From positions 1-61,985 of IMG/VR virus record IMGVR_UViG_3300032053_000071: a stretch of DNA of 61,985 nt, one strand, 5' to 3'. How positions within the stretch are numbered: position 1 is the stretch's first letter; every line of letters begins with the position of its first letter. The position numbers and the translations under genes were made by a program. This document shows positions 36,568 to 46,396 of this stretch, piece by piece. Below the pieces are notes generated by a model. The model worked only from the letters and a program-made list of their open reading frames with translations, did no database searches and was not told the origin of the DNA. Source of the DNA: a virus (taxonomy: Duplodnaviria > Caudoviricetes).

Positions 36568-38813
36568 CTAATCAATTGACTTGTGTTTCCATCATTCCTA
36601 TACCTCGCGAAGTTAATACTAATTTTCGACTCTTTTTTTTCAGGCATGTACATATGTTTTTGATTTGCCATGATGGCTAATCCTGAACTTATACAAGCAT
36701 CAAAACGAGTCCTATCGTTTATGTCAAACTTTGCCCAATCCTCTAGTGTTCTTGTGAATGGCATCGTTCCCATTTCATCCTGCGGCCTATACATCCCTGT
36801 AAAGTCAATCCCTACGAACTTTTCTATGTATGATTCTATTGCCGCAGCGTGCACTTGTTTAACATCTTCTGAAGAGTTTGGTATTCCTCCAAGTTCTCTT
36901 TCTGTAGCATTGAGTTTATTATATTGCTTATCAGGTCTATTCAAACAGAAACCTCTGTACCCCCTGTTCTTAAAATGATATAAAAGTCTTGGCTTATTAT
37001 TCTCTATAAGTATTGGCATACCATAAAATATACAAGCCATCAGCACCTCTTCAAAAAATATCTCAGCAGTCTGAGGCCTTGCTACATATTCTAGGAAGAA
37101 TTCGTTAGTAGGCGCTTCATCCATGTGAAACTTAGTCATTCCATGCAACGCACCATTCGAACCTCGCCCTCCAACAACAGCAGATATATCATAGGAATCA
37201 CATCCAAATGACCCTATATGCTCATTGCCCGGATACTTAATGCCATTTCTATCATGAACATTGTTCTGAAGATGTTTTTGCGGTGTCCAACTAACTAGAA
37301 ATCTACCTGATGAATTTGGAGACCATACAACCTTTGTATCTTTTACTCCATCCTGCCATTGGAAAGACCCACGAGTTAGGTAATGCGCCTGAATCATGGA
37401 ATCGTTATAGTCAATCTGATGATAAATCTTTGTAAGGTTAAATAGCGACTGCTTGCTCTCATCTCTAAAAGCATGCGATTCTGTTCTTGGAAACTGACGA
37501 TAAAATTCATTGAGTGCATCTGCGTCATTCTTTAACGAGTCTACCTCTGCCTCCCAATAGTCTATAGCCCCATTTCTAATCCAACCTCCATCAACTCCTT
37601 TTATCTGCTCATCAGGCTTAGCAAAAACAGGCATGCCATACAAATCAATAAATCCCTCCATGTTCCATTCCATCGGTATGAATAATGAATATAGTCCACT
37701 CTTAGTTTGCCCATTGGCATTGCGAGTAGCAGCATTAGAATCCTCATAAATATCTTTAAAGTTCTGACCTCCTTTGCTTAATGCATTTGAGGTAGAACCC
37801 ATCATACACTTTCCAATAATCTTACTGCCCAATCTAAGACATGTCTTTGTTACACGCCAATTCTCTTTTATATTCTGAGGCTTAGTCCATTTTCCACTCT
37901 CGTCATGAGCCAAGAATAATAACTTCTCTCCATCATATGAGTTATCCTCGGTATTCTTCCAATCTATCGTAGTATCTAATCCCTTTATATCCTCAGTCTC
38001 TATCTCATACATATTCTTCTTGGTAATCTTAGAGGCAGGAACCCTGAACGCTAATTCAGTCTTTGGCTTATCCATACCATCCATGATTGGCTTAAAGAAG
38101 AAAGGCAGCCTGCTGTTAATTGGAACAACCTTGTCTGTAAACATCTTCTTTGCATCACTACCGGTCTTTGACAACATACCAACACGAGCATCGCTAGCAA
38201 GCGTTCCTATGTTGATACACTCTGATGATGCCATGAATGAGAAGCCTGAGCGTCTTATCTTCAAGTATATCATCCCAAATGCCCTAGTATCCGCCTTGCA
38301 TGCCTCCCAAAACAGCCAATATACCCTATTGGCTTCTCTAAAGTCAGGGTATCCAATGTCGATACTTGCCCACTGAAGATACATCCAATGAGACCCGGTT
38401 ATATAGGTATATTTCCCATTGTTCATAAACCAAAAGCCTTCCTCTCTATAGTCAAACTGCTTCTCAATATAATCAACCCAATGGTCTTTAAATTGAGCAG
38501 GCTTTTCATTCCAATGAAATATTGATTGAATCTTAGAAAGTTCTTTTGGATATGGGTCTCTTTGCCAATGCTGTTCGGCTTTCTTTTCGCTTTTTTTATA
38601 GCAATCTTTTGGAGCAAGAGGAAGTGCTACGTTTAATCCTGATATATTGTACACCTCTCCAATCTGCCCGGTCTTTGAGATAACAACCATGTCATACTTT
38701 GGGTTATACCCATACTCCCATGTCTTTGCCTTATTCTTTGATAAAAGAACAGAAGAAGGGATAAAGCTATTAAGCACCCTATACAACACATTATTTTGAC
38801 CTTCTTTCTGCAA
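36564..38813 (-). CDS. terL: Terminase large subunit
   Basis: KIRRSGFS Walker A-like motif, LAHDESGKW Walker B, MGST, nuclease FGCDSYD and ENN motifs. Confidence 0.9.
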   Translation of the reverse strand: MQKEGQNNVLYRVLNSFIPSSVLLSKNKAKTWEYGYNPKYDMVVISKTGQIGEVYNISGLNVALPLAPKDCYKKSEKKAEQHWQRDPYPKELSKIQSIFHWNEKPAQFKDHWVDYIEKQFDYREEGFWFMNNGKYTYITGSHWMYLQWASIDIGYPDFREANRVYWLFWEACKADTRAFGMIYLKIRRSGFSFMASSECINIGTLASDARVGMLSKTGSDAKKMFTDKVVPINSRLPFFFKPIMDGMDKPKTELAFRVPASKITKKNMYEIETEDIKGLDTTIDWKNTEDNSYDGEKLLFLAHDESGKWTKPQNIKENWRVTKTCLRLGSKIIGKCMMGSTSNALSKGGQNFKDIYEDSNAATRNANGQTKSGLYSLFIPMEWNMEGFIDLYGMPVFAKPDEQIKGVDGGWIRNGAIDYWEAEVDSLKNDADALNEFYRQFPRTESHAFRDESKQSLFNLTKIYHQIDYNDSMIQAHYLTRGSFQWQDGVKDTKVVWSPNSSGRFLVSWTPQKHLQNNVHDRNGIKYPGNEHIGSFGCDSYDISAVVGGRGSNGALHGMTKFHMDEAPTNEFFLEYVARPQTAEIFFEEVLMACIFYGMPILIENNKPRLLYHFKNRGYRGFCLNRPDKQYNKLNATERELGGIPNSSEDVKQVHAAAIESYIEKFVGIDFTGMYRPQDEMGTMPFTRTLEDWAKFDINDRTRFDACISSGLAIMANQKHMYMPEKKESKISINFARYRNDGNTSQLIR

Positions 38814-39075
38814 ATCCTTGTTTAGTTTCAGTTTTACTTATACCCTTATCAACAGCATCTATATTCTCTCTCTCCATTTCTATCCTATTTAGAATCTCAA
38901 ACGCATCAAAGATGGCTAGTTTTTTAGTAGCTGCTGCATTTTTTAATTTATCAGCCGCCAAGTCATTACCATCATCATCAGGCTTCAATATAGAATCTTC
39001 AGCAACCTTTATAAGTTCCTGAACAGCTTTATGACCTGCCTCTATAATTCTTAATTTAATTTCTTTGTTGGTCAT
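38791..39075 (-). CDS. Putative terminase small subunit
   Basis: Small helical protein overlapping the TerL start. Confidence 0.5.
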   Translation of the reverse strand: MTNKEIKLRIIEAGHKAVQELIKVAEDSILKPDDDGNDLAADKLKNAAATKKLAIFDAFEILNRIEMERENIDAVDKGISKTETKQGFAERRSK

Positions 39076-39547
39076 CTTTCTTTTTTAAAAATATAACTTG
39101 TACTAATCTTGCATCATCGCCTTCTCCAAAATTGTCAAATATATTTCTTGAATGAGGCAACTCAGATTCAAATGCAATCATGCGATTAAACTTAGCATAT
39201 ATTTTACACAATGGATTATCATCATTATCATATATTGTAGTTCCATCTTCTTTAGGGTGGGTTTTATTAAGGTACAATATGCAGGTTATATCACCCATCA
39301 TATCGTCCTTATGTATAAAATTTGGTTCCACTTGTCCTAACGGAGATTTCCTAACAAAATTGTAACTGATATTATGTTCAGGGAATAGCTTTAATACCAA
39401 AGAAGCAAGCTCGTCATCATTATCTCTTGCTTGAATATTTTTAAAAACCTTGTAGCCATCATGAACATCATTAAATTCTCCATCAAGAACAGCTTGTAGA
39501 TATTCTTTAGGGTTGTTTAGTATATCATCTATTGTAAGTAAAATCAT
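39056..39547 (-). CDS. 2-oxoglutarate/Fe(II)-dependent oxygenase
   Basis: IHKD...ILYL...GT...FNRMIAF..PHSR...RLVQV (HxD...H...R). Confidence 0.75.
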   Translation of the reverse strand: MILLTIDDILNNPKEYLQAVLDGEFNDVHDGYKVFKNIQARDNDDELASLVLKLFPEHNISYNFVRKSPLGQVEPNFIHKDDMMGDITCILYLNKTHPKEDGTTIYDNDDNPLCKIYAKFNRMIAFESELPHSRNIFDNFGEGDDARLVQVIFLKKKDDQQRN

Positions 39548-40107
39548 AATTTAATTGTTATTTGAGTGTCATACATTCTATAAAGCGTCTCGCCATCAAC
39601 AACAAACTCATACTCTGTATCAGGCGTAAAGCAAACAATGTCTCCTTCTTTAATTCCTTTGCTTATAAGGTAATCATTAGGATATTTCATTGTTGCCATG
39701 AGTGGCTCATTGCTAAATGGCTTCTTGATATAAGAGTCTATTGCAGGTAATGGCTTGACAAAACAGTATCTGTCATAAGCGTTCCATGTGGAACCTTTTT
39801 TGTACAAAAAAAACTGATCAGTTTCTATAAAAAAACTATCATCGCGGAAGAAACTTCTGCCACTTTTTTGCCGACCTTTCATGTCGTTATAAAACTTAAA
39901 AACATTATGATGTACGAGAAGTATATCTCCGGGTTCTATTGGACCCCTGTAGCCTAATGGCAGCTCAACGACTTCAGCATATCTGTTAGAGAACTGATGG
40001 TCTTCTTCAGATGTGCTTACAATTAAATCAACGCCTCCTATGTCCCTTGTGTTGTCGTATCGCTTTCCATTTACCGGCTTCGCTATGAAGTAGAATGGTG
40101 AACGCAT
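39544..40107 (-). CDS. Possible tandem GroES-like protein
   Basis: Two segments with FxxKP...GD.(L/V) patterns; the C-terminus GIKEGDIVCF...VDGETLYRMYDTQI mirrors GroES. Confidence 0.5.
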   Translation of the reverse strand: MRSPFYFIAKPVNGKRYDNTRDIGGVDLIVSTSEEDHQFSNRYAEVVELPLGYRGPIEPGDILLVHHNVFKFYNDMKGRQKSGRSFFRDDSFFIETDQFFLYKKGSTWNAYDRYCFVKPLPAIDSYIKKPFSNEPLMATMKYPNDYLISKGIKEGDIVCFTPDTEYEFVVDGETLYRMYDTQITIKL

Positions 40108-40335
40108 TTAGAAATTTATATTATATTCGATTGAAATTGGTATTGTTGCATTAAACTCCTTCCATAGTACAATCTCTTCCCTTTCATTTATTATGTAAAT
40201 CAAAATAGACATAGAGTTAGGACTGTGTTTTATAAGATGTATCTCATTGCTATCGCCAAGGATTTTCTGCCCCACAATATAATGCATTGCTCCTCCCTTA
40301 TAATCAGGACCTACTGATATTTTTCTTATGTCCAT
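40108..40335 (-). CDS. Hypothetical phage protein
   Basis: 75-aa ORF coupled to neighbours. Confidence 0.7.
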   Translation of the reverse strand: MDIRKISVGPDYKGGAMHYIVGQKILGDSNEIHLIKHSPNSMSILIYIINEREEIVLWKEFNATIPISIEYNINF

Positions 40336-41978
40336 TATGGGTAAACTCTTATTTCAATAGGAATGTTAACTAATGTGCTGTTATTAACTGCCCCTGCTAC
40401 GTAATTGTAAATTTTAATTATGTTTGAGTTTGCAAAAGAAGCTTTGAAAACAGAATCTACACCTGAATCAGAATTCCCTGCAATCACTACAGTCTTATTG
40501 TCAGTAAAAAGAGAAGCTGATGTCAAATAAAAATAAACGCCTGTTCCTGAGCCATAACTAAGATAGCTTATTGTTCCTATAGTATTTTTTAACTCAGTTA
40601 CAAATAAAGAAGTGCCTGAAGCCGTTAGCAATGCTGTAAATACTTTATAAGATTCCAATGCTAATGTGCCACTTGCATCAGGAAGAGTGTAAAGTCTATC
40701 TGTTGTAATTCCACCAAATCCTATTCTTGCATTACGTACAGCATTTGAAAATACTACTTGGCTATTAGCAGTAGCAGATGCAGAGTTTCCAAATAGATTT
40801 ACATGATTATAGATATTGCTTATTCCTGCAAATTCTCCAAAAGCATTAACATCATGTCCTGAATTATTTGCTGCAGCAGAATTTCCTATAGCGTTTACAT
40901 TAAAGTTTGTGTTATTTAAAGCAGCATCATATCCAAAAGCATTTACCCAATTGCCTGTATTGTTTTTTCCTGATTGATAACCGAAAGCATTTACATACGT
41001 ACCTGTATTGCTTAAACAAGAAGCTTGCCCCATAGCATTTACGCTGCTTCCTGAATTTCCATTTGCAGCAGTTGCACCTAAAGCATTTACGTAACCTCCT
41101 GAATTATTTGCTCCTGCTTGATACCCAATAAAGTTTGATAAAGACCCGAAATTGACTTGACCTGCTTGAGTACCAATAGCATTTATATTGTCTCCTGTAT
41201 TTCCATAAGCAGCATCTGTTCCAAAAGCATTTACGCTAAGTCCTATATTTCCGCTTCCTGCTCCTGTGCCTTGCTTATTTATTCCATTTAATAAGTCATG
41301 GTTATTATCAAGAACTTGTTGTAAGGTATTGCTTCCCGTTACACCTGTGGGTCCTGTTGCGCCTGTTGGGCCTTGCAATCCTGTTGGACCAATTAGACCC
41401 TGTGCTCCCTGAGAAGCCAATAACGCCCAATGTGTAGTATCTAAATCAGGAGTTGTTGTGCCTGTTGTTGCTAATATACAAAACCATGACGCCCCGTTGT
41501 ATCCAACAGCATCATCCGCAACGTAAGAAGTTCCTGAAACCCAAAGCCCCTGCCAATTTAATCCTGCAGGCCCAACCGGACCGATAGGACCTTGTGGACC
41601 AACCGGACCTTGTATTCCTTGAGGACCACCGCCTGCACCACTCCATATCGCAGGAAGTCCCGGACCTTGAGTTGTTAAAATCTGACCTGCTGTTCCTTGA
41701 CTGCCATTAAGTTTAAATAAACTTGTAATATTTAATTGTGCAGTTGAAGTAAGGCCTGTAAATGTAGATGACGCACCAAATACACTATTAGTGCCTATGT
41801 TTACATTTTGCGTTGCACCGGTATATGGAACAAATCCGCTACCTGCATTAATAAATGACGCCAACTGACTCACAGTAAAGTTCTTAGTAGCGTTATTATC
41901 ATTAATATCAGTACCAATTAACATGTCTCCACCTGCGACAGGTGGGGTTACGGTTGCGTAGGAGTCTATTCTTGCCAT
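40335..41978 (-). CDS. Tail fibre/adhesin with collagen-like and 22-aa beta-repeat segments
   Basis: GPQGIQGPVGPQGPIGPVGP; repeated VNA(F/L/I/M)G..A..NN.G units. Confidence 0.75.
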   Translation of the reverse strand: MARIDSYATVTPPVAGGDMLIGTDINDNNATKNFTVSQLASFINAGSGFVPYTGATQNVNIGTNSVFGASSTFTGLTSTAQLNITSLFKLNGSQGTAGQILTTQGPGLPAIWSGAGGGPQGIQGPVGPQGPIGPVGPAGLNWQGLWVSGTSYVADDAVGYNGASWFCILATTGTTTPDLDTTHWALLASQGAQGLIGPTGLQGPTGATGPTGVTGSNTLQQVLDNNHDLLNGINKQGTGAGSGNIGLSVNAFGTDAAYGNTGDNINAIGTQAGQVNFGSLSNFIGYQAGANNSGGYVNALGATAANGNSGSSVNAMGQASCLSNTGTYVNAFGYQSGKNNTGNWVNAFGYDAALNNTNFNVNAIGNSAAANNSGHDVNAFGEFAGISNIYNHVNLFGNSASATANSQVVFSNAVRNARIGFGGITTDRLYTLPDASGTLALESYKVFTALLTASGTSLFVTELKNTIGTISYLSYGSGTGVYFYLTSASLFTDNKTVVIAGNSDSGVDSVFKASFANSNIIKIYNYVAGAVNNSTLVNIPIEIRVYP

Positions 41979-42028
41979 TTTATTATTCTTTTAAATTGAT
42001 TGCAATATACAAAATTATCCAACGCCTA

Positions 42029-42316
42029 TTACTGAGCAACTTCTACAAGACCAAGTTGCTGCATTACATAATCCCATATAACAGTATCATCAGTACCCCA
42101 TTGTTGAATGACTGAAGAAGGCACATCTATTGTATCAGAATAGTAGTTTATTTCGCTTTGCGTTATAACGTCTACGCCTGAAAGACTATATGAAACTTTA
42201 CCTCCTCCATTATCAAAATGATAATGATAAAAATCAGTAAGTGATAATGCATTAATTATTACATCTCCTGAATTAGGAAACCAAGATTGGATTGGCTCTA
42301 TTTGTTTTTTGCTCAT
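42029..42316 (-). CDS. Hypothetical protein, possible fibre accessory
   Basis: MSKKQIEPI...WGTDDTVIWDYVMQQLGL between two fibre genes. Confidence 0.6.
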   Translation of the reverse strand: MSKKQIEPIQSWFPNSGDVIINALSLTDFYHYHFDNGGGKVSYSLSGVDVITQSEINYYSDTIDVPSSVIQQWGTDDTVIWDYVMQQLGLVEVAQ

Positions 42317-42317
42317 A

Positions 42318-45300
42318 TTATTGAATATAAATTGTTCCTCCAATAGTAAAACCTGTTGCAGGAATTGCGTATGGATTTGGGGTTACAAATTTCATTTCTA
42401 TATAATCTCCTGCTGTAACAGCTATTGATAATGATGTATTACTAAATTCACGCGATGCTGCTGATACTCCAACTGTAGCAACAAGTGTATCAGAAGTGTT
42501 GTTTATTCTTATATATAAAGACAAGTTACTTGCATCTCCTACTGCTGTTGATGCATAAGACATAAAGTATGCTTTTTTAATAGTACCTGTCTGAGGAATA
42601 TATACCTTCCATATTGCTGCAGTAGAAATTAACCCCCTAGCTTGATTACCAAAATAATAAGTGATGTTTGCTAATAAGTTTGTAGTAGTAGACGTAAAAG
42701 CTAATGTGTAAGCTGTAGGAATAGTTTGTGTGCTAAGAAGCCCTGTATTATCTGAAACAACCATAACTGTTCCACTGCCTCCAAGATTAGGTAATGTTAC
42801 AGCCCCTGTAGATGCTATGGCTAATCCTTGTGTTCCTGTAGTTAGATTTGTTGCTCCATTAACCCTTATTTGAAATGTTCCTGAGCCTGCAACATATCCC
42901 ATTGTTCCTCTTTCAGCAACACCTCTTTGGTATATTCTGATATAATTATCTCCTGTACCTATAACCTTCAATATCCCACCTTGAACATCTATATTGTTTT
43001 TAGCTAAAACATCACTAACAATAATCTGTTGAGCATTAGCTATAGTGTTATCACTACTAAATAAAAATCCATTAGTCACATTTAATGATGTTGAATCACT
43101 AATAAAACTAATTCTTCTTGTTACAAGATTTTTATAAAGAAAGTCGATATATGGAGATGTCCCTACTGAAGTGGGGTTTAGTTGTATCCAATTTGTAGTA
43201 TTATCAGTTTTACCTGCATAAAATGGAAGAGTGGTATTTACATTTGTTCCATTATCAAATATAGAAGAATCAGAAAGCGCTGTTGAACTACTCCACTTAG
43301 GAACATAATTAGTTGTGCCTGTTCCACTAAGAGGTGTATATCCAAGAATTGTTGATATAGATGCAGTCTTCCATTGTGCAGGAGAAACTGCATTATCATA
43401 CCATAACGTATCTTTTAAAGTTGGCGATTGTGCTTGTACGTTATGGAGCTCTTGAAGCTCATAACCGTTTTGCACGCGAACATACCATCTGCCTGCTGAA
43501 CCATTACTTGCAGTAGTTACATTTCCAAGATATACAAGATGGTTTGGTGCATACGGCTTTACATTTGTTATTGCACCTGCAGTTGCTCCTAAATATAATG
43601 CATCTCCATCCGAAAATGATGCGGTTGGAAGAATACTTAACCCATCTAATAAACCCTGAGTTATTATAAATCCTTTTTGATTAGTTGCTATTGATGCAGA
43701 CATTACAATACCCACAGTTTGAGCAGATGTAGCTTCTGAAGTATTATTTGCAAGCTTTACTGTTAATCTATCTCCTGTACCACCAAAAGCATATACAACC
43801 TGACCTTTTGTTATTGTTACAGAGTCTGCATTAGTAACATAAGAAACAAGAGTGCTAGGAGATGTTCCAATTACCCTAAATCCGGGAAGTGTATTGTCAT
43901 AAACACAAATCATCTCCCCTCCTGAAGTAATATCTCCACCTATTAAAACCCCATCATTATTCCTATATAATATAACCGCACCTAATCCATTTATATCTAA
44001 AGTGGCACCGGTTGTATTGCCATTTGTAAATTGTATTATGTAGGCGTCTCCATCTGTATAAGATGTAACTCCTGATATTGTAGCAGTATATGTATCTGTG
44101 CCTAATGCTGTAGCATGAGGAATACCACCCCCACCTGTAGGAATAGGTTGTATCCCTAACTTTCCTGTACTATCTGCTGTGACCATTTGAGCTACACCAC
44201 CTGTAGCAAGGTTAGCAATATTTACATCTCCATTATTAAATACAGTTAATAACTTAGTTCCTAATCCAAAATTTGCAGGTCCTGAATTAATACTAAAACT
44301 TCCTGCACTAGCCATAGAGAAAGCAGGGTTTCCACTTTGGTCTGAGTTAAAAGAAAAGTATTCAAATGTATCTGCTGTATCTGTAAACTGAATGTACCTC
44401 CAACCATTAATAGGGTCTGTATCTCCTCCCATTCTAAGCATACCATTTGCAACAGCAAACTTATTTCCGGGAAAACCACCTATAATATTATCAAGTAGTA
44501 TGTTAGCAGAACCAAATACATCTAAGTTATATGCAGGAGCAGCTACGTTTACACCTAAGTATTTATTTGTATTATCCCAATATAATTGCGAATCTCCTGC
44601 TATGGAAGAACTTGTATCCCAAAATGCTATTTGCGTAGCAGTTCCTGAACCTAAGATACCACCTGTAGGAATAGTAATATTGCCTGCACTATCTGCTGTA
44701 TAACCATTTACTGATAAAGTTAAATTACCATCTCCTAAAGGAAGATAAATAGTATTAGTAGTTATAGTACCATCAGGAACATAGTTAGGGTATTTTAAAT
44801 TTCCTGTATAGTAAAAAGTAGCTGTTGGGTCTCCAAATGTATATTGTAATCCTGCGTGGTCTAATAAAACTTGTTGTATAGGCGTGATTCCTAATGCACC
44901 TATTGTCATTGACAATCTGTTACCATTAAGACCTGCAGCTTCACCATTATATGCATTAACATCATTACCATAAGCAAATCCTCCATTATAAGTAATTGTT
45001 ACATAAGCATCGTGAGATGGGCTATCATACAAAGTAATAGGTAGTCCCGCTTCAGATATATTTCCTGCTATTAATACTTGCTCTAATGTTGGTATAGTGC
45101 CACTACCACCACTGTAATCAGGAACATTTAAAACATTTCCTATAAATGTAGCAGCACCTGATGTGCCTGTTGTTGTAAGAGTTATTGGGTCTTGCTTACC
45201 ATCAAATGTATTCCAATCTGCTGATGATAAATAACCTTCTCCTAAAGCGCTTGCTTGAGAGATACTTATGTTTGGAGTTACTCCGCCTGATGATGACAAT

Positions 45301-46034
45301 GGAAGCGATGCTGTTACTGCTGTAACTGTACCAAGTCCAATTGGTATTGTTATTGAACCTGAGCCATCAGCATATACCCCATTTACTGACATTGGAATAA
45401 ATCCTCCGTTAGTTGGAAAGGAGAATGACTGATTGCTATAACTAGAGGCTTTAATGTCTACGAAGTTTCCTGCATTAGTAAATCGTATCTTATCAGTAAG
45501 GTAATCAACAGCATATCCTGTTGAGCTTTCAAGATGTAAACTATCTACTTTCCAATAAGAAGAGTTTGTTATTAAGGAGTCGTGAAGATATATTGACGTG
45601 CGTCCAAGTAAATGCTGAACGTCAAGTATAATTGAGTTGGAAGCACCTACTAAATTTATGTTTCTATCTGCTGTATTACCTACAAGCAAAACGTTTTGTA
45701 AGTCTTGGCTACCTATATTGTAAGCCCAAACTGCAGGTAAACCGGGCCCTTGGCTCATAAGAACCTCGCCCGGCAAACCCACAGACCCATTACTTGTAAA
45801 AGTTCCTGATATATCAATTGAACCTACGAATAATCCGTATGTACCTAAGTCAACATCATTAGTTGCTCCAACATAAGGAACAAGAAGATTATTGCCTATA
45901 GATGCAGCAAAGTAATTGACTAAGTCTCCTATCTTATAGTTCTTGGTCTGTAAATCATTATTGGCATCACTACCAATAACCTTATCTCCATCAACTATAG
46001 TTCCGTCAATGACGTATGTACTTATCTTAGCCAA
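42318..46034 (-). CDS. Long tail fibre protein (TTG start)
   Basis: Gly/Thr/Ser-rich modules (GYLSSADWNTFDGKQ, GSGTATQIAFW, GTGTTNYVPKW); N-terminus homologous to the 41978 gene. Confidence 0.8.
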   Translation of the reverse strand: MAKISTYVIDGTIVDGDKVIGSDANNDLQTKNYKIGDLVNYFAASIGNNLLVPYVGATNDVDLGTYGLFVGSIDISGTFTSNGSVGLPGEVLMSQGPGLPAVWAYNIGSQDLQNVLLVGNTADRNINLVGASNSIILDVQHLLGRTSIYLHDSLITNSSYWKVDSLHLESSTGYAVDYLTDKIRFTNAGNFVDIKASSYSNQSFSFPTNGGFIPMSVNGVYADGSGSITIPIGLGTVTAVTASLPLSSSGGVTPNISISQASALGEGYLSSADWNTFDGKQDPITLTTTGTSGAATFIGNVLNVPDYSGGSGTIPTLEQVLIAGNISEAGLPITLYDSPSHDAYVTITYNGGFAYGNDVNAYNGEAAGLNGNRLSMTIGALGITPIQQVLLDHAGLQYTFGDPTATFYYTGNLKYPNYVPDGTITTNTIYLPLGDGNLTLSVNGYTADSAGNITIPTGGILGSGTATQIAFWDTSSSIAGDSQLYWDNTNKYLGVNVAAPAYNLDVFGSANILLDNIIGGFPGNKFAVANGMLRMGGDTDPINGWRYIQFTDTADTFEYFSFNSDQSGNPAFSMASAGSFSINSGPANFGLGTKLLTVFNNGDVNIANLATGGVAQMVTADSTGKLGIQPIPTGGGGIPHATALGTDTYTATISGVTSYTDGDAYIIQFTNGNTTGATLDINGLGAVILYRNNDGVLIGGDITSGGEMICVYDNTLPGFRVIGTSPSTLVSYVTNADSVTITKGQVVYAFGGTGDRLTVKLANNTSEATSAQTVGIVMSASIATNQKGFIITQGLLDGLSILPTASFSDGDALYLGATAGAITNVKPYAPNHLVYLGNVTTASNGSAGRWYVRVQNGYELQELHNVQAQSPTLKDTLWYDNAVSPAQWKTASISTILGYTPLSGTGTTNYVPKWSSSTALSDSSIFDNGTNVNTTLPFYAGKTDNTTNWIQLNPTSVGTSPYIDFLYKNLVTRRISFISDSTSLNVTNGFLFSSDNTIANAQQIIVSDVLAKNNIDVQGGILKVIGTGDNYIRIYQRGVAERGTMGYVAGSGTFQIRVNGATNLTTGTQGLAIASTGAVTLPNLGGSGTVMVVSDNTGLLSTQTIPTAYTLAFTSTTTNLLANITYYFGNQARGLISTAAIWKVYIPQTGTIKKAYFMSYASTAVGDASNLSLYIRINNTSDTLVATVGVSAASREFSNTSLSIAVTAGDYIEMKFVTPNPYAIPATGFTIGGTIYIQ

Positions 46035-46045
46035 TTACTTAGGTT

Positions 46046-46096
46046 TTAATTTAAGGTCAAAAGATATAATGTTCCGATAAATTTTTCCGGTGTCAT
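46046..46096 (-). pseudogene. 16-codon remnant MTPEKFIGTLYLLTLN, possibly an internally deleted DUF5856-like (ferritin-fold) gene
   Basis: Mini-ORF fills the intergenic gap; its two ends resemble my recollection of that family's N- and C-termini. Confidence 0.4.
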
Positions 46097-46097
46097 A

Positions 46098-46358
46098 TTA
46101 ATCTTGTTTTTTGGTTACTTCGCCTGTTTGCATATTGATTACTGAATCTGCGCCATACTTCTCAATCAACGTCTTCTCATGCTGACCAAATACGTTCTTC
46201 AACTCGTCAATGTGCTTTAATAAACCTTGCTTTTGTAACTCAATGTCACCAAGTCCCATCTTTGCTTTTGCAAAGTCTGAGTTCATTGTTTGAATAAGAG
46301 TTAATTCCTCTTTGCTAATAAATACTTGTTCTGCTGTTAAATCTAATACTGTTTCCAT
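46098..46358 (-). CDS. Small coiled-coil protein
   Basis: 86 aa; preceded by TATCTTTG at 46385-46392. Confidence 0.7.
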   Translation of the reverse strand: METVLDLTAEQVFISKEELTLIQTMNSDFAKAKMGLGDIELQKQGLLKHIDELKNVFGQHEKTLIEKYGADSVINMQTGEVTKKQD

Positions 46359-46384
46359 TTAATTTAATTTTTTGGTTATGGAAA

Positions 46385-46392
46385 CAAAGATA
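46385..46392 (-). promoter_or_regulatory. Bacteroidota-type -7 promoter element
   Basis: TATCTTTG heading the fibre/terminase/portal operon. Confidence 0.55.
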
Positions 46393-46396
46393 ATAT

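Noticed and set aside
40335-46034. Diversity-generating retroelement or invertible fibre switch
   Set aside because: No reverse transcriptase, no template/variable repeat pair and no invertase were seen.
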